From the human T2T-CHM13v2.0 reference genome, Homo sapiens: a DNA stretch of 64,000 nucleotides. Each line of letters opens with the position of its first letter. The first letter of the stretch is position 1. Shown here piece after piece: positions 13,393-26,590 of the stretch. The stretch lies in the NCBI RefSeq assembly GCF_009914755.1, contig NC_060928.1; one strand, 5' to 3'. A program made the translations under genes and the position numbers. Under the pieces are notes generated by a model. It was not told the origin of the DNA. It saw nothing but the letters and a program-made list of their open reading frames with translations, and did no database searches.

Positions 13393-15499
13393 TGCTTATC
13401 ATCTGAGCTTTCAGTGAGTTTTAATCTTTTTGCTGATAGGGTATTTTGCCTTATTGTTGATGACTGCTGACTGATCAGGCTGGGGTGTCTGTGGCAGTTT
13501 CTTAAAATAAGTCAACAATGAAGTTTCCCTGGAGAATATAAAATGCTGTTGTATAGCATTTTACTCACAGCAGAACTTCTTTCAAAACCGCAATCAATCC
13601 TCTCAAACTCTGTCGCTGCTTTACCAACTAAGTTCATGGAATATCCTAAATCCTTTTTTGTCATTTCAAGGGTTCACAACATATTCACCAGGAGTAGATT
13701 CCAACTCAAGAAATCAGTTCCTTCGTTCTTCCATAAGAAGCAACTCCTCATCTGTTCAAATTTTGTCATGAAATTGCAGCAATTCAGTTTCATCTCCAGA
13801 CTCCACTTCTAATTCTAGTTCCCTGGCTATTTCTACCACATCCAGTTACTTCCTCCATTGAAGTCTTGAACCCTTCAAAATCACCCATAAGGGTTGGAAT
13901 CAACTTCTTCCAAGCTCCTGTTAATATTGATATTTTGACCTCCTCCCATGAAACACAAATAGTTTTAATGGCATCTAGAATGGTGAATCCTTTCCAGAAG
14001 GTTTATTTACTTTGTCCAGTCCCATCAGAGGAATCACTACTTGTGGCAGCTACTGCCTTACAAAATTTATTTCTTAAATAATAAGACTTAAAAGTCCAAA
14101 TTATTCCTTGATCCATGCATGAGCTGCAGAATGAATGCTCTCTTAGTAGGCATGAAAGCAACATTAATCTCCTCATCTTTGTCCATTAGAGCTGCTGGGT
14201 GGCCTGGTGCATTGCCATGGATGTGCTGTCACCCAGGCTTTGTTGTTCTACTAATAGAGCAAAGTAGATTTAGCATAATTCTTAAGGACTCTAGGATTTC
14301 TGGAATGGTAAATGAGCACTAGCTTCAACTTAAAGTCACCAGCTGTATTAGCCCTTAACAAGAGAGTCACAGCCTGACCTTGGAAGCTTTGAAGTCATGC
14401 ATTGACTTCTCCTCAGCTATGAATGTCCTAGATGACATCTTCTTTCAATAGAAGGCTATTTTGTCTACAGGGAAAATCTGTTGTTTAGTAAAGACACCTT
14501 CAATTATCTCAGCTAGATTTTCTGGATAACTTGCTGCAACATCAGACCTTGCTGCTTCACCTTGCTCTTTTATGTTATGGAAACAGCTTCTTTCCTTAAA
14601 CCTCATGAACCAGCCTCTGCTAGCTTCAAACTTTTCTTCTGCTGCTTCCTCACCTCTCAGCCTCCACAGAATTAAAGAGAGTTAGGGCCTTCCTCTGGAT
14701 TAGGCTTTGGCTTAAAGGAATGCTGTGGCTTGTTTAATCCTCTGTCCAGACCACTGAAACCTCTATATCAGCAGTAAGGCAGTTTCCCTTTCTTATCATT
14801 CATGTGTTCACTGTAGTAGCACTTTTCTTTTCCTTCAAGAACTTTTCCTTTGCATTCACAAATTGGCTGTTTGGTGCCCGAGGCCTAGCTTCTGGACTAT
14901 CTCGGTTTCTGACATGCCTTCCTCACTAAGCTTAATCATTTCTAGCTTTTGATTTAAAGTGAAAAATGTGTGACTCTTTCTTTTACTTGAACACTTAGAA
15001 GCCATCGTAGGGTTATTATTGGCCTAATTTCAATATTGTGTCTCAGGAAATAGGGAAGCCTGAAGAGAGGGAGAAAGATGGGGAACTGGCCAGTCAGCAG
15101 AGCAGTCAGAGCACATGAATTTTCACTTTCTTAAGTAGCTGTGGTTTGCGGTGCCCCAAAACAATTACAATAGTAATGTCAAAGATCACCTGATCACAAA
15201 TCACCATAAAAGACATAGTAATGAAAAAGTTTGATATACTGTGAAAATTACCAAAATGTGACACAGAGACACAAGGTGAGCACATGCTATTGAAAAAAAA
15301 AATGGTGCCAATAAGGCTTACTCAACAAAGGGTTGCCACAAACCTTCAATTTGTGAAAAATGCAGTATCTCCAAAATGCAGTGACACAAAGCACAATAAA
15401 ACAAGGTATGCCTGTATAAATATAAATATAGAAATAGATATAGATGCCTGTATTGTATATGGTGTGTACATATGTGTATGTGTGTGTGTATATATATAT

Positions 15500-17070
15500 C
15501 TATTTCCTATCTCTGTACACTGAGAAAGACTAGAAGCAATGGTATCCCAAACAAGGATCACGTCAAGTGCCCAAATCTTGGTTTCTAAATGCCATCTTCC
15601 ACTAAAAAGAACCAGGTTTCCTGGAGCAGTAATTGATCCCAGAGCTGGGGCAGGAAAAAGACTGGAACATCTTATGCCAAAAAACAAAGACAGTATTCAC
15701 AGAATCATGACAAAAGCACACAGAGACCAGCTGAAAGAAAATCGAGTGACCAAATCTATCACAATTCAAGTATCATAATAAATGGTCAAGATTTTACAAC
15801 CCCATGGCATAAAATAGTAGTAGTCCATACTGATATAAATAAAAAGAATCATGAATAAAATAATTGGCATGCGGGAGAAAAACTGGCAACTAATTAATGC
15901 GGAAGGAATTAAAGAAACAGAAAATAGAAAATAATGTGGTACCATCATTACTGGCTGATAATTCAAGTGGGAGTCTTGAATGTATGTTAAGGTTGGTGAA
16001 TGGAGGTTTGACAAGAAACAGGCTATTAAGAGTATCAGAATATCACTCCACAATAATATTTATCAATTATAAGAGAAAAGCAGTGTCTTTACAGTAGAGA
16101 AACCTGGCAGACAATAACATGAACAGGTAATCAGGATTGATATCATGTCAGCAGGGCATGGTGGCTCACACCTGTAATCCCAGCGCTTTGGGAGACTGAG
16201 GTGTGCAGATCACTTGAGGTCCAGAGTTTGAGACCAGCCTGGCCAACAAGGTGAAAGCCTGTCTCTACTAAAAATACAAAAATTAGCCCAGCATGGTAGC
16301 ATGTGCCTGTAATCACAGCTACTCAGGAGGCTGAGGCATGAGAATTGCTTGAACCTGGGAGGTGGAGGTTACAATGAGCTGAGATCACACAACTGCACTC
16401 CAGCCTGGGTGAGAGAGCAAGACTCCATCTCAAACAAACAAACAAACAAAAAACAAAAGCATCATGTAGATGGGTGAACGTTGTGTGCCTCCTGTGTGAT
16501 GCACAAATTACATCCCCTAACTCCTAACCCTATAGCATCATTTCTGTAGTATTCCTGTCAAATATGAATGGCACACATTTGATCATGAGTTAAGTTAGGA
16601 AAAAAACTAAGAAACTGTTCCATGTTGAAGGAAACTAAGGGACATGGCAGCTAAATGCAGTCGACGATCCAGGACTGGATCTTGAACCAGGAGGAAGAAG
16701 AAACTCTGAGATCCAGGACTGGATCCTGAGCTAGAAGGGAAAAGGAACTGCTAGTGAAATCTGAATGGAGTCTGTGAATGAACCTGTGTTGTATTAATGC
16801 TGATTTCCTTATTTGTATGGTTCGAGGGTAGTTATATCCTTGTCTTGCTGAAATACATTATGGGGCATTTAAGGGAAATAATATATCATGTCTACAATTC
16901 CCTCTCAAATAGTTCAGAAAAAAGATGTATGATAATAGACGTGTATTTATTAGAGGAGGCAGGGAGGGAGATGGAAAAATGTTGTAAAATGTGGACAATT
17001 GTGAAATCTTGATGAAGGGGATATGGGATCTCTGTATAAGACTGAAATTATTTCAAAATAAATTATTTTT
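15500..17070 (+). mobile_element. Old L1M (L1MC/MD-like) 3' region interrupted by an Alu
   Basis: cagtagagaaacctggcagaca; gcagctaaatgca...ggactggatcctga; end gactgaaattatttcaaaataaa. Confidence 0.65.
16150..16458 (+). mobile_element. AluS
   Basis: Full dimer with (AAAC)n tail. Confidence 0.93.
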
Positions 17071-17789
17071 TTAAGTGACTAACACAAGGGACAACTCCTA
17101 AATTTCAAAGATTAAAGGATCCTAGTAAGTATGGAGATGGAAGAAAACAGGTTATCTACAAAGGAAAGAAGAAATAAGGCTGCCTTCAAATTTCTATTCA
17201 TAAGCATTAACTCTCATGAAGCAAAATAGCAATACGGTGATAGTTTAAAGAAAAAAAGATCATGACTCAAGATTATGTTCTCTATTTAGCTGGTGGTTCA
17301 TTGTGTTTAAAAAGAAAAAAAAAATCCTGAGTCCTTGCTAGAATATGTGAGAATGTCTACCAACTTTACAAAGAAGTAACAAGTATATCTGTTGACAATA
17401 AGTGTATATATATTAAACAATTTATTAAAGGAAAAAGTACTGACACAGCGAGTCAAAAACAATTCAATCATATGCTGTTTCTTAGCCACTTTTAATTCTC
17501 TAATAAAAGTTAAATAAAAAGATAAACAACAACCAACCAAAAGAAAGCAGAAGTCACAATACTAATATTAGACAAAACAAACTACAAAGTAAAAAGCATT
17601 TAACACAACGAAGCAGATAAATTTGACCAAAGCAGGTACACTCCATATGAAGGCTTATGTGATCAGTAACAGCACTGAAATGTACATAACAAAGACTACA
17701 GAAAATACAAGGGCAAAGACAGTTGCAGTGGGAACACTTTACTTCAACTCTAGCAGTCCTTAATAGATCTCAAATAAAAAGAATACATA

Positions 17790-18700
17790 GGTTGAGAACA
17801 TCAAGCTTAGTATGTCCAAATCTAACATCCTGTTCTTTTCCTCAAAATCTGCTTCTTCCCCAGTAGTCCCCAGATCAGGTAGTAATATTGCCATTCTTCC
17901 AGGAGCTCGGGCCAAAAACCTTCAAGTTCTCTCTAACGCCTCTCTTTTTCTTATACACCACGTATCGTCCATCAGAAAATCCTGTTGACTTTACCCTCAA
18001 AAATACCTAAAAATCCTCCTCCTGCTTTCCACTTTCTACTGCTACCACATTGGTCTAAGCCAACACCTCTCACTAGGATTATTTCAACATCTCTCCAGCT
18101 AGTCTCCTTGCTTCCAACCTTCCTCCATCCCTTCAACCCCATCAGTCAACTCCTAACACAGGAGCTGCAGTGATTCTGTTAATACAGGTCAAGTCATGTC
18201 TCTCTTCTGCTCAAAACCCTCTAATGGCTTCCCATCGCTCTTAGTAAAATTTTGCCTTTAACATCCTATGTGATCTTTCATTCTGTTGCCTCTGTGACAT
18301 CATTTTTCCTACTACTCGTTCGCTCTCTTCCTCTGCTCTAACCCTCTGGCCTTCTTGGTGTTCCTCGATCAAGACAGACTCTTGACCACATAAGAACTTT
18401 TGCCCTTCATCTTCCCTCTACCTGGTACACTATTTACCCAGACAGCTGCACGGTTTGCTGTCTCATCTCTTCAAATCTTTGCTCAAATGATCACTTCCTT
18501 AGTGAGGACTTCTCTGCCCATCTACCTAAAAATGTAAACTTCATTTCCCACCCTAAAAGCCATGCTTTATTTCTCTACTCTCAACACCCAACAAATCATA
18601 AATTTGTTATCTTTTTATATTGTCTGCCATCCTGCCCCTTCCAGAAATTAAGCTGGAGGGCAGAAATTTTTGTCAGTTTTGTTCACTGACACACCCCTAC
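17790..18700 (+). mobile_element. L2 LINE 3' fragment
   Basis: ctctgctcaaaaccctctaatggcttccca; ctttgctcaaatg..tcacttccttagtgaggact; ttttgttcactg. Confidence 0.75.
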
Positions 18701-19099
18701 CCTTAAAATAATAAGTAAATATTCCATAATTTTTCATATTTAAGAATTCCATAAATATTAAAAGTATATTCAAAAAAATATATCCACTTATGTTATCAAC
18801 AAAATAACTGGATATATATCTTTAAATCCATATCTGTATACAAATTATTCCCTTTTTCAAGCACCAATGGAAAAATTATAAAAACTAAGCATACACTAGA
18901 CACTAGAACACAAAAAAAACTTACTGAATTCAAACAATAAATAAAATAGACCAAGTTTTCTAGAACAATAAAATGAAACCAGAAAATACTAAAAGAACAA
19001 AATAAAACACAACTTCTTAGAATAACAGCAAAAATTGGCTATTTAACATACACCTGATATTAAACTAAGCAAAGAATATGTATTCATCTTTATATCAGC

Positions 19100-19315
19100 T
19101 TATGGGATTGGAGCTGATATCATTTTACAGATAAGGAAACTGAAGTTTAAGAACACTGAAATTTCTTACTCAAGATAATATAGTGATGCTTCCCGATCAG
19201 TGGTGAATGGGGCAAAAAAAAAAAAAAAAAAAAGAACGTAGCTAGTAAGTAGTAGAGCTAGAACCAATCCCAGGTCCATGACCCTGGAGACCAAGGTCTT
19301 AACTAATGTACTCTT
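19100..19315 (-). mobile_element. MIR SINE with internal insertion
   Basis: cattttacagataaggaaactgaag...tagctagtaagtagtagagctagaa. Confidence 0.7.
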
Positions 19316-19662
19316 AAATAACTGCTGGGTCAAAGAAAAATCACTACAATTTAGAGTATACTACAATAACACTACATAGCAAAATCTATCAAATTAAGCC
19401 AAAACTATACTGAGGGAAATTGAATGCTGCTTCTTTACCAAAGAAAAAGCAGAAAAACACAGAAAGCATTCAAGTTAAAAGAGAAAATACAATAAATCTA
19501 ATGACGGGGGAAAAATTAAAAAGTTAAAAGAATAGTGATTATTAGAAAAAAAAGTATAACAGATTACAATCAAGCACGCATTTTTAGGAGCATGAAAAAA
19601 TTATAAAATTCTCTATTAAGAGGCATCTTTAAACTTCAGTATGAAAATTTTCAAGTACTGAA

Positions 19663-20025
<363 letters not shown>

Positions 20026-20327
20026 TCAGTAATCATCAACAGATCACTAATCTGCTTCATGTATACCCTTATTAGCTTAACAATTTTAAATACTGGAGTA
20101 GACACCTTAAGTGCCAATATTTCATTATGTTCTACTTAAAAAACTGTCACTCATTTTCTTTCTGTCTCACTTAGGTACAGGGTCTTATTAATCTCTAACT
20201 AAGGGTCTTAAGAGGTAGGTACTCAATATACACTCGCCATCAGTGACAATGTAAACAAAACATAGCACTCCTTACTCCATATTCATAATGCCATAAAAAT
20301 CAAGACAGAAAAAAAACAATAGTTTAC

Positions 20328-20407
20328 CTGAACTTCCATGAACTTCCTCATCATCCACATCATTCTTTCCAGACATTAAATAATTATTATTGAGCCTGGA
20401 AGGTCCA
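20328..20407 (-). CDS. CENPC: CENP-C exon 12 (GPSRLNNNYLMSGKNDVDDEEVHGSS)
   Basis: ttttttcttaag|T GGA CCT...AGT TCA G|gtaaac; 80 nt, phase 2-1. Confidence 0.96.
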
Positions 20408-20552
20408 CTTAAGAAAAAAAGGAAACCACAAAATTAATGCTTTTATAATACATATATCTAATGTATTTGCCTTAATGATCATTTTTCTCCTAAAACTGCC
20501 ATAAGTCTTTCTTATAAAACCAATAGTGATGTTACAAGTCATCAAAAATATA

Positions 20553-20885
20553 TAGTCATCCCTCAGTATTTGTGGGGGATTGATTCCAGGATCCACTGTG
20601 GATACCAAAATCCAAGGATGCTCAAGTCCCTTATATACAATGGTGCAGTATTTGCATGTGACTTTCACATATCCTCCTGTATACTTTAAATCATATCTAG
20701 GTTACTGATAATACCTAATACAATGTAAATGCTATGTAAATAGTTGTTATACTGTATTTTTATTTGTATTATTTTAAATGTCATATTGTTACTTTTTATT
20801 GTTTTATATTTTATTTTCTGAATATTTTCAATCCATGGGGGTTGAATCAGTGGATGCAGAACCCACAGATATGGAGGGCTGACTG
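20553..20885. mobile_element. MER2 (Tigger-family MITE)
   Basis: TA-tagtcatccctcagtat ... atatggagggctgactg-TA; internal ggataccaaaatcc...ctcaagtcccttatat. Confidence 0.85.
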
Positions 20886-21324
20886 TACTTGCTGCATTAA
20901 ACAAAGACTACAATTTCATCCCATAACTGACAGTTGAGCATCATAAGTACTGAATTTATGACTTACAGATCAGAGTAACAGACTTAGTAAATTCAAATGA
21001 TAACATCCTGTGGTGAAAATCAAATTATAAAAAAAGAAAGAAATCATCATATTTTAATTAAAAAAAAATATAGCCAAAAACCAATGGAATTTAAAATGTG
21101 GTCCAGAAATTGTCAGAGATGATTCAGCCTCTCCTAGTCCTAAATCTCTTTCTACCTATTATGAACCCAGGATAAGCCTAGTCATAACCTCACAAATAGT
21201 AAAGAAATCTTAGCCATCCCTTAAAAGTCTGAGAATTTGCTAAAATTTACCCTTTATTCATTTTTTAAAAGGTTATATGACATCAGATATAATTAAGAGT
21301 AGGTAATTCAATTTGATCACTAAA

Positions 21325-21878
21325 TGTGGTCATTTTAACATTATATGTCCAAATTCTTTAATACACCACCTTTCAATAGGTGGAGCCTAATTCCACCTCT
21401 CCCTGAATGTAGTGTGGACTCAATAAGTTGTTTCTAATGAACAGAATAAAGTAGAAATGACGGTGTACAATGTCAAAGACTAAGTCATTAAAAGACACTG
21501 TGATATCCATCATAGTCACACCTTCTCTTGGAGCATTTGCTTTGTGGGAAGCCAGTTGCCATATTCAGCAGCTGAGAGGGCCACACGGTTAAGAAACTAA
21601 GGTCTACTGGAAACAGCCAGAACGGAACTGGGGTCTCCAGCCAACAGCGATGTGAGACATTTTATAGGTGGATTCTCCAGTTCCAGACAAGACTTTAAAG
21701 GGTTAAAACCAGAAAGATGACTGCTACCTCCTGAGAATATCCGAGCCAAAACTAGCTAGCTAAGCCTCCCAGATTGCTGACCCATAGAAACTATGAAACA
21801 ATAAGTGTTTTTAAGCTTTTAACAAAATTAAAATAAAGTTCTTGGGTAATCTGTTATACAGCAATGGGTAACTAATAT
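21325..21878. mobile_element. MaLR LTR (MLT1-like)
   Basis: ggtggagcctaattcc...tgggaagccagttgccat...ctgacccatagaaactatga...gttatacagcaat. Confidence 0.75.
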
Positions 21879-21910
21879 ATACAACTATTATCCTTACAAT
21901 ACACGCATAC

Positions 21911-22057
21911 CTTTCCTCTAAAACTGAAGTCTTATGCTCTCCAGAATCCAAGTTTGACTCTGTTGGTATATTACATGTATATCCACTGGTCTGAGGCTTT
22001 AGGGGAACATTCTGTGCAGTCATAATGTTATCTTCATTCTTTGAGCTTCTTGTAGAT
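21911..22057 (-). CDS. CENPC: CENP-C exon 11 (STRSSKNEDNIM...KTSVLEE)
   Basis: ttttatag|A TCT ACA...GAG GAA AG|gtatgc; 147 nt, phase 2-2. Confidence 0.96.
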
Positions 22058-22574
22058 CTATAAAAATGATAAATGTATGAGTGTTTATACTTCTTCAAAA
22101 TAAAATTTTCTTCCAGAAACGATACACAGGTGGGTACAAAGACAATGTAATATTGGCTATAACGAATATCAGATCACCCTGTTCAGGTTCTGAGACTTGC
22201 AACTAGCTAAGGAAGGAAACTGGTTTCTAGGACCTACCAAGAGTCCCAATTTGAAAAATTCTGATGAGAGAAATGGAGAAGACACCTGCCAAGGAAGGTG
22301 GTGAAAGGGACATAAGGAGACCTTATCTATAAGCAGCTTGATATATATTACAGTTAATCTATCATGGTTTACTGGAGAATCCATACCAACAACTAAAATT
22401 GGCTTCTTTGATATCCCTAGTCAGCCTACTGAGGGGCAATAGGGTCCTCAGAGGGACTGAGCTCATCTCTTTGGTAGTTAGTTTACTCCAAATATATGCA
22501 AACAAGATACACTCTTCCTAGTGACTGTATAATTCTTCAGGTTCTAGTATCCTCCTGGGTCCTACCATTAAAGT

Positions 22575-22975
22575 CAAAAGAAATAAAAGTGATTACAAGA
22601 GAATACTAGGAACAACTGTATGCCAACAAATTAAATAACCTAGATGAAATGGACAAACTCCTAGAAAGACACAAATTATCAAAATTGATTCAAGAGGAAA
22701 CAGTCTCAAAATACCATGAATCAGTAATCAAAAACAAACTACCCATATAGAAAAGCTCAGGCACAGGTGGCTTCACTGCTTTTACCAAACATTCAAAGAG
22801 AATTACGACAAATTATTCACAAACCGTTTCAAAAAATAGAGAGATAATACTTCCCAACTCATTGTATAAAGCCAGTATTACCCTGATACCAAAACTAAAC
22901 AAAGACAACAGAAGCAAAGCAAGCTACCGATCAGAACCCCTCAACAAAATACTAGCAAATTCCAGCAACACAATA
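22575..22975 (+). mobile_element. Old L1 ORF2 fragment
   Basis: aacctagatgaaatggacaaactcctagaaa; cttcccaactcatt...ccagtattaccctgataccaaaac. Confidence 0.85.
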
Positions 22976-23382
22976 AAATAAAAGAGAGAGAAAAGCAGAG
23001 AATGGCCTGAAAAAGTGAAACAGAATGGGTATGGGATTTCTTTATGCACTATAATGATATACGCTAATATATTTTAGGACACACTGTCATTTATTTCAGT
23101 ATATCCTCAGCACCTTACTGATTCCAACACAAAGTATGTATTACCTCAATAGGTTGTTGGAACTAATAAGAATTCATTAAAAGCATCTAGCAAATATTTG
23201 GCACATAGTATGAACTCAAAAAATGTTAACTATTATCATCCTAAGAAGAAAAGTATTAAGCTATATTCCTAACTATTGAAATCACATTAATCTCACTTAA
23301 AAGGAAACAATTTGAACTATACACTTAAAAAAGATTAAGACAGTAAATTTTATGTTATGTGTTTTTTGTCTGTTTGTTTTTT

Positions 23383-23664
23383 GAATCTCTACTTTGGGAG
23401 CCCAAGGCAGGAGAATCACTTCACACCAGGCGTTCAAGACAAGCCTAGGCAACAAAGCAAGACCTCATTTCTCCAACAAATTAAAAAATTAGCCAGGTGT
23501 GGTGGTCCACACCTGTAGTCCTAGCTACTCAGGAAGCTAAGGCAGAAGGATTATCTGACCCAGAAGTTTGAGGTTACAGTGGGCTATGATCACGCCACTG
23601 CACTCCAGCCTGGGAAACAGAGGAAGACTCTGTCTCTTAAAAAAAAAAAAAAAAAAAAAAAAAA
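23383..23664 (+). mobile_element. AluJ, 5'-truncated, long pure A tail
   Basis: actttgggag...cactgcactccagcctggg...about 26 A. Confidence 0.92.
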
Positions 23665-23941
23665 GTTTAACTCTTGGATGACAATAATATCTTATTAAAT
23701 TTAACAGTCATAATTCCAGGTGCTATGTACTATTCCCTATTTTAATATGAGGAAACAAGTGCAGAGTACTACTTTGCCTGTGTGTCACCCAGCTAATGGT
23801 AGAGGCTGGATTTAATACCAGGTATGTCAGAGTGCAGAGCTCTTCATGCTAATTACTGCCTGTCCATAAATGACTAAATAGCACAAATTATTAAATGCTG
23901 AACAACAAAAGTAACTATATTGTACACATAACAGACATTAC

Positions 23942-24233
23942 CTAGAACAATCAAGATTTTTCTTCTTAGCCAAGTCTGCCTCATCACTTTCCAATGGCTC
24001 ACTCAGTGAACATCTGGAAATTTCATCATGACCAACGATACCTCCAGAACCTTCAGCATTTAAAAACTTCTGTACTCTTTGGTTGCCTTTAGTTGCTGTC
24101 TTCTGCCTTTTAAGTGGAATAGTTTTTTTCCTAATATTCTTAGATGACTGATTTGTTTTCTTAGTAGATTTTCGGCTACTATTGTGATGCATTGGTAATT
24201 CATTTCTTACTGAAGAATTGCTATAAACAGGAC
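23942..24233 (-). CDS. CENPC: CENP-C exon 10 (PVYSNSSVRNE...KKKNLDCS)
   Basis: ccttcag|GT CCT GTT...TGT TCT AG|gtaatg; 292 nt, phase 1-2. Confidence 0.97.
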
Positions 24234-24327
24234 CTGAAGGATTCAATGATAACCTAAAGTTAGTAAGTTTGTCCAGATGATTTGGCTCACTGAAATACCA
24301 ACAGCATTTATATTTGCATATAAACAT

Positions 24328-24329
<2 letters not shown>

Positions 24330-24374
<45 letters not shown>
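24330..24374. repeat. (CA)n microsatellite; (UG)n in the pre-mRNA
   Basis: Direct reading. Confidence 0.97.
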
Positions 24375-24375
<1 letters not shown>

Positions 24376-25164
24376 CTCAGGCTAAATTTATTTCCAAATT
24401 AAATTCTTTAAACAATGTAGCTCTTCAGTTTATAGATATATGAAACAGGCCCTTCAAATCTGTCACAGGCTTCAAGAAACACTCTCTGGCTCTGCCCACT
24501 GCCCTTCTGGCCATCCTTAATATCTGATATTCCCCAAGGTGACAGCTTCAGCTTTTCACTCCATATACTTTCATTGACGGACTTATCTACCCAGAGCTTT
24601 AATTACTATCTATATGCTGACACCTATAATATCCATCTACTGCTCTCCCCTATATCTGCCTCTCTTGCTTTATTTCCTATCTTAATGAAAAATACAACTA
24701 CCTATTCTATCCAGATATCTAAATCAGAAATTTGAGTCATGCAAGACTACTACTCCTATCCACAATCACGCCCTAAATCCCATCAATTCTACTTTATTAA
24801 TGCCTTTCAAATCTTTCAAGCTCTCCCTCCTGTCATTAGTAGAAGTCCTCATTATTTCATATCTGGATTATTAAAACAGTCTCTTTACTAATCTCCCCCT
24901 CCCTAGCCTTGTTTTTCTTCAATCCATTCCCTACACTGCTGCAAGAATCACCTTTGGAAAACAAAAACTGGATCATTACAACTCTGCTTAATTAAAGTAT
25001 TTTAGTTATTATCTATAGCTTCAGGATGAAGTCCAAATACTTCAACATCAATTCATATCTACATCTAGATTTGCTTATTTCATAAACCACAATTCCCAAA
25101 ACCCCCCTCCAAACAAACAAACCAAAAAAAGCCATCAGTAATGAACAATCTACAGTTTCTCTAA

Positions 25165-25340
25165 AGCACTGGTTGTCCAAAGGCAGTCTCTAGACCAGCA
25201 AGATCAGCATTATCTGGGAATTTGAAATGTAAATTATCATGCCTCACCTCAGACCCCAGTGAATCAAAGACTTTGCAGAGCAGGGCCCAGTAACCTGTGC
25301 CTTAATAGGCCCCCCAGACAATTCTAAAGCACACTAAATT
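25165..25340. mobile_element. MER5-like hAT MITE
   Basis: gaccagca...cagcattatctggga...cctcagacc...gaatca...gggcccagtaacctgtg. Confidence 0.7.
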
Positions 25341-25616
25341 AAAGAAAGAAAAGATCAAGCTCTCTGCTCCAGATCTCTGCACAAGCTACTTCTACTTAAA
25401 ACATTCCATAACTTCCTCCTTACTCCACTCAATCACTTAGCTAACTCCTAGTTCATCCTTCAGGAAACTTTCCCTAATTTCCAAGTCTTAGGTAGCTTGC
25501 TATCACACATACGACTGTTTACTTATCTCTACTTCTCTCCTCCAGCAGACTAACAACTCCTTGACCTCAAGTAATTGATTGGTATTTTATCTATGTATAT
25601 TCCCAATGCCTAATGA

Positions 25617-25783
25617 CAGGGGCAGGACTATGGTGAAGCAAGAGTAGCCTCAGCTGGAAAATTCAAGAAGGTACTCATTTTCAGGTCTGTGCAAGTACAG
25701 AGCCCGAACTGATACAATCCTGTGACTGACTGCCTTAAATTTTTCACCCTAGTGTCTCATTGTCTTACCCTAGTCCTGGTCCT
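25617..25783. mobile_element. MER96-like palindromic hAT MITE
   Basis: caggggcaggactatggtgaagcaag ... ttgtcttaccctagtcctggtcct, self-complementary ends. Confidence 0.7.
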
Positions 25784-26590
25784 ACTTTACCTCATTCCTG
25801 CCCCATGGCAAGTACTCCATATACATTTCTTCATATATATGGAAGGGCAACAGTGTCACACGTACGACAGGCAGGCTGGGGGCAGGTCAAGTTGTTCTTC
25901 TTAACTTCAGACTTCAGTTTCTTCTTCCATCAGATGAGAGTTTAGACTATATGATATATAAAGATTCCTCCACTTTTTCGACTCCCAGCTTGATCAAAAA
26001 TCCAACATCTATTTCAGGACTCTTAAATAAGTGTTTTTTGATAGTTTCAGAGATCTAGCACATTTATCCAAGTTCTGTAAGAATTTATTTACCCATCTGT
26101 TTATGTACTCATCTGCCACATAGTACTTAGCATTTCAGGCAACCTGGGGCAGAAAAGTGAGTTCCCCAAAGCAGTAACAGTATTATTTAACACTTCAATA
26201 CTAACATATGCCACCTACTATGCTAATTGCATTTAAACCTTATAAAAACTCAATGAGGTAATCATGTTACAGAATGAGAAACTAAACAAAGCAATCTACT
26301 CAAAGTGGAAGAGTGATACTTTGAACTCAGATCTCACTCCAAAATCCAAAGGCTGCAACAAAATAAATACTTGCTGCTATCCATCAAGAATCTCAATGAT
26401 TTAATAATTCATAGCAATAAGGCCTCACATATACAATGCCATAGTTGTACTAATCATTCACTTATTAATCTAAATGCCCCAAAGTCAATAGTATTTGTGT
26501 ATGTGAATGCTACCTTATGATCCACCAATCTTTTCAGGATCACTTTCTTTAAAAAGGGACAATTCTCCCAAAACAATAAATGTTTCATAT

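Larger units (their letters stand above)
12537..15414 (-). mobile_element. Near full-length Tigger1 (pogo-family DNA transposon), decayed, interrupted by two Alus
   Basis: TA-CAGGCATACCTC at left end and AAGGTATGCCTG-TA at right end (TIRs, TA target site); about 2.25 kb remains after removing the Alus; interior matches recalled Tigger1 consensus. Confidence 0.9.

Noticed and set aside
13543-14322. Plus-strand ORFs inside Tigger1
   Set aside because: Opposite strand to the transposase, short, and without domain-like content.
23938-24375. 145-aa ORF beginning MCVCVCV
   Set aside because: It is exon 10 extended through intron sequence and a TG microsatellite.
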